Assembly: GCF_900187975.1 (NCBI RefSeq)
Contig: NZ_FZPC01000008.1
Coordinates: forward strand, 27,930 to 51,929
Direction of reading: 5' to 3'
Length of the DNA: 24,000 nt
Source: Pseudomonas delhiensis
GTDB taxonomy: Bacteria > Pseudomonadota > Gammaproteobacteria > Pseudomonadales > Pseudomonadaceae
Both the position numbers and the translations under genes were made by a program. This document shows positions 16,994 through 24,000 of this stretch, one piece after another; positions within the stretch are counted from its first letter, which is position 1; each line of letters begins with the position of its first letter. The notes under the pieces were generated by a model. The model was given only the letters and a program-made list of their open reading frames with translations. It had not been told where the DNA came from and ran no database searches.

Positions 16994-17240
16994 GGATACC
17001 TAGCTTCTGGGATGAAAGTGAATGGCCGTCATGGCTGTCGCGGCCGGCGGGCCGGTGTGCCCCGGTACGAGGGGCGCGACCATTGGCCGCGGGCGACGGG
17101 CGAGGCGGGCGACGGCAGGGCCGGACTCGCGGAAACAGGACGCAGCGATCAACGCGCGCGTGCGGCAAAGCTACCGGAATGGACCGTGAAGGGCAAACGA
17201 CGCTCGTCGGCGATACTGGCACTTGGCCCTGCTTCCGGGC

Positions 17241-20200
17241 ATGCTACTGCGCGCCGAACCCCGTCGCCCCGTTCCAGGTAGCCGCTCCTTGTCCAGACCT
17301 CCCCGCCCTCCGGCCAGCCTGGCCCGGCCTGAACGGCTGGCCATCAGGAGCGCCCTGCTGCTGGTGCCGCTGATGCTCGGCCTGCTGCTCTGGCAACTGG
17401 GCCAGGAGTATTTCAGCCAGGCGCGGTTCGAGCGCGAGCGCATCCTGCACCAGAGCCAGGAGCTGGCCCACCAGTTGTCCCTGGCCCTGGAGCTCAAGGC
17501 CCAGGCTGCGCGCACCCTGGCCCGGCAACGCCTGGGCCGCGGCGAGGAGCCGGCGCTGCTGCTCGACGACCTGCGCCAGCTCTATCCCGCCCTGCGCAGC
17601 CTGGCCTGGTACGCCCCCGACGGCGGCAGGCAACTGGACACCGCGCCGGCCAGCGGCGACGACGCCTTCGTCGCCGGCCTGCGGCAACGCGCCGCCGCCA
17701 GCCCCTTCCATTACGCCTACAACGACGCCGATGGCGGCCATTTCTACCTGCTGCTGCGCCCGCAGGACGCCAGCGGCCCCTTCGCCGTGCTCCGCCTGGA
17801 CGCAGCCGAGGCGCGCCGGCAATGGTCCGGGCGGGTCCTGGCCGGCGGCCGCGCCTGGGTGCTGGAAGACCAGGCCGGCCACCCGGTGCTGGCCGCGCCC
17901 GACGCGCCGGCGGACACGCCGGCGGCCATCGCGCCGGAAGCCGTCGAATCGCCGGCGCTGCAGGTCGCCAACAGCGACTGGCATATCCGCCCGCTGGTCG
18001 ACGCGCTCGCTACGCAGCCCAGGGTGCCGCCGCGCCTGCTCGGCGAGCTGGGCCTGCTGCTGTTGCTGGCCGGCATCAGCTGCGCCGCCCTGCTGCGCCT
18101 GCAACGCGAGCAGCAGAGCCTGCGCGCGCAGACCGCCGACTCGCAATCGCGCCTGCGCCAGGCCGCCCAGGCCCTGGCGGCGGTGGACGAGCGGGTGCTG
18201 GTGACGCGCGCCGACGGCCGCCTGGTCTACCTCAACCCGCCGGCGGAGCAGCTGCTGGGCATCCGCGCCGAAGACGCGCCCCTGCACCATCTCGCGCGCC
18301 TGCTGCCGGAGCTGGCGCAGCCGCCCAGCGAGGGCACGCCGCCGGGCAGGCAGTACGTCACCCTGGAGCGCAACGGCCGCCGCCGGCGCTACGCCGTCAG
18401 CCGCCACCCGCTGGAGGAATCCCCGCCCGGCGAGGCGCCCGACTGGGTGCTGCGCGGCCAGCAGGCGCCGGGCGGGCACGTCTGGGTGCTGCGCGACGTC
18501 ACCGAGGAGCAGCGCTCGCTGCAGGTGCTGGAAGAGACGCGGCGGCGCTACCAGGACATCTTCGACGGCGTCGGCGTGGCCCTCTGCGTGCTCGACCTCT
18601 CGGACCTGCAGCGCTTCTTCGCCGACAACGGCCTGCGCGAGGCCGGCCGCCTGCAGGCCTGGCTGGAGCGCCGCGAGGAACACTGGCCGCAGCTGCTGCG
18701 GCTGATCCGCATCAGCGAGGTCAACGAGGTGGCGCGGCGCCTGCTCGGCGTGGAGAGCGGCGAGCAGGCCTGGCGGCAGCTGATCGGCGACAGCCCGCGG
18801 CGCCCCGGCAGCGCCCGCGCGCGCATCATCGAGGCGATCCTCTGCGGCACCGGCCTCATCGAGCAGGAAGTCGCCATCCGCACCGGCCAGGGCGAGCTGC
18901 GCCACTTCTGGCTGCAGCTGCGCATCCCCGAGCACCTGCCGGACTACCGCGCGGTCACCCTGAGCCTGTCCGACATCAGCAGCCGCAAGCAGGTCGAGCT
19001 GTCGCTGATCGAACGCGAGAAGTTCTGGTCCGATGCCGTGCGCGCGGTGCCCGACACCCTGTACATCCACGACATCACCGCGCGCCGGGTGATCTTCAGC
19101 AACCATCACCTGGGCAGCCAGCTGGGCTACGGCAAGGAAGAGCTGGAGCAGATGGGCGAGCGCTTCTGGGAATGCCTGCTGCACCCGGACGACGTCGAGT
19201 ACTACTGGCGCATACGCAACCTGCAACAGGTGGTCGGCGACAACCTGCTGCTGGACAGCCAGTTGCGCTGGCGCCACCGCGACGGCAGCTGGCACTGGTT
19301 CGACATCCGCGAGCAGGCCTTCAGCCGCGCCCCCGACGGCCGCGTGGCGCGCCTGATCGGCGTGGCCAAGGACATCACCGACACGGTGGAGGCGAACAAC
19401 TCGCTGCGCGAGAGCAGCCGCCGCTACCAGATGCTGGCCGAGAGCATCAGCGACGTGATCCTCACCACCGACGCCCAACTGAACATCGACTACATCAGCC
19501 CGTCCATCGAGCAGACCTTCGGCTACAGCCCCGACTGGCTGCTGCACAACGACCTGCAGCAGATCGCCGCCAACCCGGCGCAGCTGGGGCGCCTGCACGA
19601 CCTGCTGGAGCGCGTGCGCGACGCCATAGGCGCGCCGCGCCGGCTGGCCGCCCTGCGCGAGTCCAGCGCGGTGCACCTGTTCACCTTCGACTGCCTGCGC
19701 GCCGACGGCCGCAAGGTCCCGGTGGAGCTGCGCATCGCCCTGATGTGGGACGACTCCGGGCGCTTCGTCGGCCTGCTCGGCGTGGCCCGCGACATCAGCC
19801 AGCAGCGCCGCGCCGAGCGCGAGATGCGCATGGCCGCGACCGTGTTCGAGCATTCCACGGCGGCCATCATGGTCACCGACCCGGCCGGCTACATCGTCCA
19901 GGTCAACGACTCCTTCTCGCGCCTGACCGGCTACGCCGCCGCCGAGGTGCTCGACCAGCAGCCGCGCCTGCTCACCGCCGACCAGCAGGAGGCCAACCAG
20001 CTCAAGCACGTGCTCGACAGCCTGCAGCGCAGCGGCAGCTGGGAAGGCGAGATCCTGCAGAAGCGCAAGAGCGGCGAGCTGTACCCGTCCTGGGTGGGCA
20101 TCACCGCGGTGCAGGACGAGGAAGGCGACCTGGTCAGCTTCGTCTGCTTCTTCAGCGACATCAGCGAGCGCAAGGCCAGCGAGCGGCGCATCCACCGCCT

Positions 20201-21512
20201 GGCCTACTACGACGCCCTCACCCACCTGCCCAACCGCACCCTGTTCCAGGACCGCCTGCACACCGCGCTGATGCAGGCCGAGCGGCACCGCCAGTGGGTG
20301 GTGCTGATGTTCCTCGACCTCGACCGCTTCAAGCCGATCAACGACTCCCTCGGCCACGCCGCGGGCGACCGCATGCTCAAGGAAGTGGCCGAGCGCCTGA
20401 ACCGCTGCGTCGGCGACAACGACACCGTGGCGCGCATGGGCGGCGACGAGTTCACCCTGCTGCTGCCCGCGCTGGAAGACCGCGAGCGCGCGCTCAAGCG
20501 CGCCATCCAGGTGGCCGAGCGCATCCTCGCCAGCCTGGCCCGGCCCTTCACCCTGGAAGGCCGCGAGTTCTTCGTCACCGCCAGCATCGGCGTGGCCCTG
20601 TCGCCCCAGGACGGCGCCGAGCTGAGCCAGTTGATGAAGAACGCCGACACCGCCATGTACCACGCCAAGGAAGTGGGCAAGAACAACTTCCAGTTCTACC
20701 AGGCCGAGATGAACGCCCGCGCCCTGGAGCGCCTGGAGCTGGAAAGCGACCTGCGCCGGGCCATCGAGCAGGGCGAGTTCGTCCTGCACTACCAGCCGCA
20801 GTTCACCGGCGACGGCCGCCGCCTCACCGGTGCCGAGGCGCTGCTGCGCTGGCAGCACCCGCGCCGCGGCCTGGTGCCGCCCACCGAGTTCATCCCGGTG
20901 CTGGAGGAACTGGGGCTGATCGCCCAGGTCGGCGACTGGCTGCTGGCCGAGGCCTGCCGGCAGATCCGCATCTGGCACCGCGACAAGGTGCGGGTGCCCA
21001 AGGTGGCGGTGAACCTGTCCGCGCGGCAGTTCGCCGACGGCCAGCTGGGCACGCGCATCGCCGGCATCCTCATGGAGACCGGCATCCCGCCGGCCTGCCT
21101 GGAGCTGGAGCTGACCGAAAGCATCCTGATGAGCGACGTGTCCGAGGCCATGCACATCCTCTCCGGGCTCAAGCGGCTGGGCCTGGCCATCGCGGTGGAC
21201 GACTTCGGCACCGGCTACTCGTCGCTGAACTACCTCAAGCAGTTCCCCATCGACGTGCTGAAGATCGACCGCAGCTTCGTCGACGGCCTGCCCCACGGCG
21301 AGCAGGACGCGCAGATCGCCCGCGCCATCATCGCCATGGCCCACAGCCTGAACCTGATGGTGATCGCCGAGGGCGTGGAGAGCCAGGCGCAGCTGGACTT
21401 CCTGCGCGAACACGGCTGCGACGAGGTGCAGGGCTTCCTGTTCGGCCGGCCGATGACGGCGGAGCAGTTTGCGGCGCTGTTCTCCAGCAATGCGTTGTTC
21501 CTGCTCGGCTAG
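17241..21512 (+). CDS. morA: Membrane-anchored multi-PAS GGDEF-EAL c-di-GMP signalling protein (MorA-like)
   Basis: About 1420 aa. N-terminal transmembrane segments (ALLLVPLMLGLLLW; LGLLLLLAGISCAALL), several PAS/PAC repeats, a GGDEF domain (RMGGDEFTLLL) and an EAL domain (EALLRW, ELELTES, DDFGTGYSSL, KIDRSF). Size, architecture and position upstream of glyA match P. aeruginosa MorA as I recall it. The start is uncertain: ATG 17241 or TTG 17223, with no clear Shine-Dalgarno. Confidence 0.85.
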   Translation: MLLRAEPRRPVPGSRSLSRPPRPPASLARPERLAIRSALLLVPLMLGLLLWQLGQEYFSQARFERERILHQSQELAHQLSLALELKAQAARTLARQRLGRGEEPALLLDDLRQLYPALRSLAWYAPDGGRQLDTAPASGDDAFVAGLRQRAAASPFHYAYNDADGGHFYLLLRPQDASGPFAVLRLDAAEARRQWSGRVLAGGRAWVLEDQAGHPVLAAPDAPADTPAAIAPEAVESPALQVANSDWHIRPLVDALATQPRVPPRLLGELGLLLLLAGISCAALLRLQREQQSLRAQTADSQSRLRQAAQALAAVDERVLVTRADGRLVYLNPPAEQLLGIRAEDAPLHHLARLLPELAQPPSEGTPPGRQYVTLERNGRRRRYAVSRHPLEESPPGEAPDWVLRGQQAPGGHVWVLRDVTEEQRSLQVLEETRRRYQDIFDGVGVALCVLDLSDLQRFFADNGLREAGRLQAWLERREEHWPQLLRLIRISEVNEVARRLLGVESGEQAWRQLIGDSPRRPGSARARIIEAILCGTGLIEQEVAIRTGQGELRHFWLQLRIPEHLPDYRAVTLSLSDISSRKQVELSLIEREKFWSDAVRAVPDTLYIHDITARRVIFSNHHLGSQLGYGKEELEQMGERFWECLLHPDDVEYYWRIRNLQQVVGDNLLLDSQLRWRHRDGSWHWFDIREQAFSRAPDGRVARLIGVAKDITDTVEANNSLRESSRRYQMLAESISDVILTTDAQLNIDYISPSIEQTFGYSPDWLLHNDLQQIAANPAQLGRLHDLLERVRDAIGAPRRLAALRESSAVHLFTFDCLRADGRKVPVELRIALMWDDSGRFVGLLGVARDISQQRRAEREMRMAATVFEHSTAAIMVTDPAGYIVQVNDSFSRLTGYAAAEVLDQQPRLLTADQQEANQLKHVLDSLQRSGSWEGEILQKRKSGELYPSWVGITAVQDEEGDLVSFVCFFSDISERKASERRIHRLAYYDALTHLPNRTLFQDRLHTALMQAERHRQWVVLMFLDLDRFKPINDSLGHAAGDRMLKEVAERLNRCVGDNDTVARMGGDEFTLLLPALEDRERALKRAIQVAERILASLARPFTLEGREFFVTASIGVALSPQDGAELSQLMKNADTAMYHAKEVGKNNFQFYQAEMNARALERLELESDLRRAIEQGEFVLHYQPQFTGDGRRLTGAEALLRWQHPRRGLVPPTEFIPVLEELGLIAQVGDWLLAEACRQIRIWHRDKVRVPKVAVNLSARQFADGQLGTRIAGILMETGIPPACLELELTESILMSDVSEAMHILSGLKRLGLAIAVDDFGTGYSSLNYLKQFPIDVLKIDRSFVDGLPHGEQDAQIARAIIAMAHSLNLMVIAEGVESQAQLDFLREHGCDEVQGFLFGRPMTAEQFAALFSSNALFLLG

Positions 21513-21560
21513 CGTCAGGATTCCCCTGTAGGAGCCTATCGTACGGGCAGGCACGGCTTC

Positions 21561-21633
21561 TCGTAGGAGCGAGCTTGCTCGCGAATGAGCCCCCCGCTGC
21601 GGAATCTGTTCGCGAGCAAGCTCGCTCCTACGA
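21561..21633. repeat. Perfect 25-bp inverted pair of GTAGGAGCGAGCTTGCTCGCGAA-type REPs (REPIN-like)
   Basis: TCGTAGGAGCGAGCTTGCTCGCGAA (21561-21585) and its exact reverse complement TTCGCGAGCAAGCTCGCTCCTACGA (21609-21633), separated by 23 nt. Confidence 0.75.
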
Positions 21634-21690
21634 AGAGCACTTCGGCGTAGTCGGCAAGACAGTTGCTCCTACGCCATGCCCCCGGCGGCG

Positions 21691-21717
21691 CCTGTAGGAG
21701 CGCGCCCTGCGCGCGAA
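21691..21717 (+). repeat. REP element, type A, second copy
   Basis: CCTGTAGGAGCGCGCCCTGCGCGCGAA is identical to 13464-13490. The downstream flank differs by a single A (GAAATCGCGG versus GAATCGCGGG). Confidence 0.7.
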
Positions 21718-21858
21718 TCGCGGGCAGGGCCCGCTCCAACAGCGCTCCCCCCGCGTGAACCCCGCTTATCCGCCACATGACCGCCTTTCATATGCCAGCG
21801 CGCGCGCCCTGGGTTAGAATGCGCCCCTTTCCCAGCACCGATCCTTATGAGGACCGCC

Positions 21859-23112
21859 ATGTTCAGCCGTGATTTGACCCTCGCCCGCTACGATGCCGAA
21901 CTCTTCGCCGCGATGGAGCAGGAAGCCCTGCGCCAGGAAGAGCACATCGAGCTCATCGCCTCCGAGAACTACACCAGCCCGGCGGTGATGGAAGCCCAGG
22001 GTAGCGTGCTGACCAACAAGTACGCCGAAGGCTACCCGGGCAAGCGCTACTACGGCGGTTGCGAGTACGTCGACGTGGTCGAGCAGCTGGCCATCGACCG
22101 CGCCAAGCAGCTGTTCGGCGCCGACTACGCCAACGTCCAGCCGCACTCCGGCTCCCAGGCCAACGCCGCGGTCTACATGGCCCTGCTGAACGCCGGCGAC
22201 ACCGTGCTGGGCATGAGCCTGGCCCACGGCGGCCACCTGACCCACGGCGCCAGCGTCAGCTTCTCCGGCAAGATCTACAACGCCGTGCAGTACGGCATCG
22301 ACGGCAACGGCCTGATCGACTACGACGAAGTCGAGCGCCTGGCCGTGGAACACAAGCCGAAGATGATCATCGCCGGCTTCTCCGCCTACTCGCAGATCCT
22401 CGACTTCCCGCGCTTCCGCGCCATCGCCGACAAGGTGGGCGCCTACCTGTTCGTCGACATGGCCCACGTGGCCGGCCTGGTCGCCGCCGGCATCTACCCG
22501 AACCCGGTGCCCTTCGCCGACGTCGTCACCACCACCACCCACAAGACCCTGCGCGGCCCGCGCGGCGGCCTGATCCTGGCGCGCAGGAACGAAGAGCTGG
22601 AGAAGAAGCTGAACTCCGCCGTCTTCCCGGGCGGCCAGGGCGGCCCGCTGGAGCACGTCATCGCCGCCAAGGCCGTGTGCTTCAAGGAAGCCCTGCAGCC
22701 CGAGTTCAAGGCCTATCAGGAACAAGTGGTGAAGAACGCCCAGACCATGGCCCAGGTGTTCATCGAGAACGGCTACGACGTGGTTTCCGGCGGCACCCGG
22801 AACCACCTGTTCCTGCTCAGCCTGATCAAGCAGGACATCACCGGCAAGGACGCGGACGCCGCCCTGGGCCGCGCCTTCATCACCGTGAACAAGAACAGCG
22901 TGCCGAACGATCCGCGCTCGCCCTTCGTCACCTCGGGCCTGCGCATCGGCACCCCGGCCGTGACCACCCGCGGCTTCAAGGAAGACGAGTGCCGCCAGCT
23001 GGCCGGCTGGATCTGCGAGATCCTCGCCAACCTGGGCGACGAGGCCGTGGAAGGCCGCGTGCGCGAGCAGGTCAAGGCCCTGTGCGCCAAGTTCCCGGTG
23101 TACGGCAAGTAA
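21859..23112 (+). CDS. glyA: Serine hydroxymethyltransferase
   Basis: [72 protein letters not shown]... with the PLP-lysine block [14 protein letters not shown]. Start at 21859 with GAGGA 5 nt upstream; the track start at 21847 overlaps that Shine-Dalgarno. Confidence 0.93.
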   Translation: MFSRDLTLARYDAELFAAMEQEALRQEEHIELIASENYTSPAVMEAQGSVLTNKYAEGYPGKRYYGGCEYVDVVEQLAIDRAKQLFGADYANVQPHSGSQANAAVYMALLNAGDTVLGMSLAHGGHLTHGASVSFSGKIYNAVQYGIDGNGLIDYDEVERLAVEHKPKMIIAGFSAYSQILDFPRFRAIADKVGAYLFVDMAHVAGLVAAGIYPNPVPFADVVTTTTHKTLRGPRGGLILARRNEELEKKLNSAVFPGGQGGPLEHVIAAKAVCFKEALQPEFKAYQEQVVKNAQTMAQVFIENGYDVVSGGTRNHLFLLSLIKQDITGKDADAALGRAFITVNKNSVPNDPRSPFVTSGLRIGTPAVTTRGFKEDECRQLAGWICEILANLGDEAVEGRVREQVKALCAKFPVYGK

Positions 23113-23130
23113 GCCTTACCCGCGAACGAC

Positions 23131-23162
23131 AAAAAGCCCGGCATTCACCGCCGGGCTTTTTC
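23131..23162. terminator. Bidirectional rho-independent terminator between glyA and the convergent membrane-protein gene
   Basis: AAAAAGCCCGGC-ATTCACC-GCCGGGCTTTTT. The 8-bp stem AGCCCGGC/GCCGGGCT (23135-23142 / 23150-23157) is flanked by an A-run and a T-run. Confidence 0.85.
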
Positions 23163-23175
23163 GTTTCCATGGGCC

Positions 23176-24000
23176 TCAATGGGCGCCGTGCGGACGCCAG
23201 CTCAGAATGCACGTCAGCTCACGGCGGTGCTCCGGATCCTGGCAGCGCTCCTGTCCGCTCCGTCCCTGGTAGTACTGGCTGCGGATCAGTTGTTGCTGCT
23301 GCAGGTAGACCTGAATGCCAATCACCGCCAGGACTATCGCTATGAACGAGAGCGGCAGCAACACTGCAAGGTGGCGACGCAAGGGCCCGAGGATAATCTC
23401 GGCAGCACGAGCCAGCACATGTGTACGTATTGCCAACTGCATCAGCAGCAACACGGCGACCGCCAGCGGGACGCTCGCCAACCACAACCCTCCCCCCTTC
23501 AGACCGGAAGCCAGCGCAATCAGCCAGGCGACTCCGAACGCCAGCGCGCCATGCCGTAGCGGCCGCATCCCCGCCCCCTGCCCATGCCACTGGACCGGCA
23601 GGATCTCACCGCCGAGCCAATAGTCGAAACGGTTCAGCCGGTCGTGCGTAAGCGCTCGGAAAACCCGCATCACCAATGCGCTCACGTAGTAGGGGATGGT
23701 GGAGAACGCCACCAGTACCAACAGATTGGGCAGCAGCTCCGGCAGGCTCCGTACCTTGCCGGGTAGCCAGAACACGCCAAGGACGACCACAACAGCCACC
23801 CAGAGGAGGAAATGCCTGGGATCGAACTTACCTTCATTGCGCGGCAAGTCCTGCCAGAACTCCAGGCTTCGGTTGCCCTCAGGCAAACGCTCGAGCAGAT
23901 TCGGATAGCGGTACTGCAAGGTGTCGGCGATACGCTGGCAACTGTTCCAGTCAGCGGCGCCGAAATCGGCGCTGAAACGACGCTGCTGGTAAATGTCGAA
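23176..24000 (-). CDS. Hypothetical multi-pass membrane protein (N-terminus probably beyond the right edge)
   Basis: The track ORF 23176..23919 starts at a TTG, but the same frame stays open to 24000 (FDIYQQRRFSADFGAADWNSCQRIADT-LQYRYPNLL...) with coding-like codons. Hydrophobic segments: LLWVAVVVVLGVFWL, LLVLVAFSTIPYYVSALVM, ALAFGVAWLIALA, LASVPLAVAVLLLMQLAI, VLLPLSFIAIVLAVIGIQVY. I do not recognise a family. Confidence 0.55.
   Translation of the reverse strand, partial: FDIYQQRRFSADFGAADWNSCQRIADTLQYRYPNLLERLPEGNRSLEFWQDLPRNEGKFDPRHFLLWVAVVVVLGVFWLPGKVRSLPELLPNLLVLVAFSTIPYYVSALVMRVFRALTHDRLNRFDYWLGGEILPVQWHGQGAGMRPLRHGALAFGVAWLIALASGLKGGGLWLASVPLAVAVLLLMQLAIRTHVLARAAEIILGPLRRHLAVLLPLSFIAIVLAVIGIQVYLQQQQLIRSQYYQGRSGQERCQDPEHRRELTCILSWRPHGAH

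Noticed and set aside
17217-17233. Sigma54-like motif TGGCACttggcccTGCT just upstream of morA
   Set aside because: The GG-to-GC distance is 13 nt rather than the strictly required 12. It also overlaps the possible TTG start at 17223, leaving essentially no leader before ATG 17241.
17244-21697. 1436-aa minus-strand ORF (17244..21554) and 1291-aa + strand ORF (17822..21697) overlapping morA
   Set aside because: Both are alternative-frame or antisense shadows of the 1.4-kb-codon morA gene. Their products are R/A/G/P/Q/L-rich with no motifs, whereas the 17241..21512 frame has clear PAS, GGDEF and EAL signatures.
21815-21820. TAGAAT -10-like hexamer upstream of glyA
   Set aside because: There is no acceptable -35 element at 16-18 nt spacing (the upstream sequence is GC-rich), so the evidence is too weak to annotate a promoter.

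Overview
High-GC (about 65-70%) Pseudomonas-type chromosomal window. Gene order matches what I recall of the P. aeruginosa PA4576-PA4602 region: Lon-like protease, TraR-like, DUF3015, DUF4105, rtcR, rtcB, rtcA, ccpR, gdhA, ettA, morA, glyA. No mobile element, CRISPR array or canonical tRNA/rRNA gene is visible. The main feature is a sigma54/RtcR-controlled RNA-repair operon at about 4.7-11.8 kb. It consists of divergent rtcR, an AT-rich control region (ATAGATCT repeats, a full IHF consensus match, a -24/-12 promoter), rsr (Ro60 orthologue), a 731-nt non-coding gap, then rtcB, a Pol-beta-type nucleotidyltransferase (RlaP-like) and rtcA. By hand folding, the gap holds five tandem Y-RNA-like modules. 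Each has a terminal helix, a conserved GAAUGC...UACA signature and a tRNA T-arm. Three of them carry a circularly permuted tRNA core (T-arm, then loop-closed acceptor helix, then U8-A9 and D-arm). From memory, the Salmonella rsr-yrlBA-rtcBA locus has two Y RNAs, so five here is the observation most worth follow-up. Other points: a small lipoprotein gene broken by a 1-nt frameshift in a C-run, a near-consensus Anr/FNR box upstream of ccpR, and REP/REPIN-like repeat clusters in two intergenic regions. Many long ORFs in the track are antisense artefacts of high GC content. All family assignments come from reading the translations, not from database searches.
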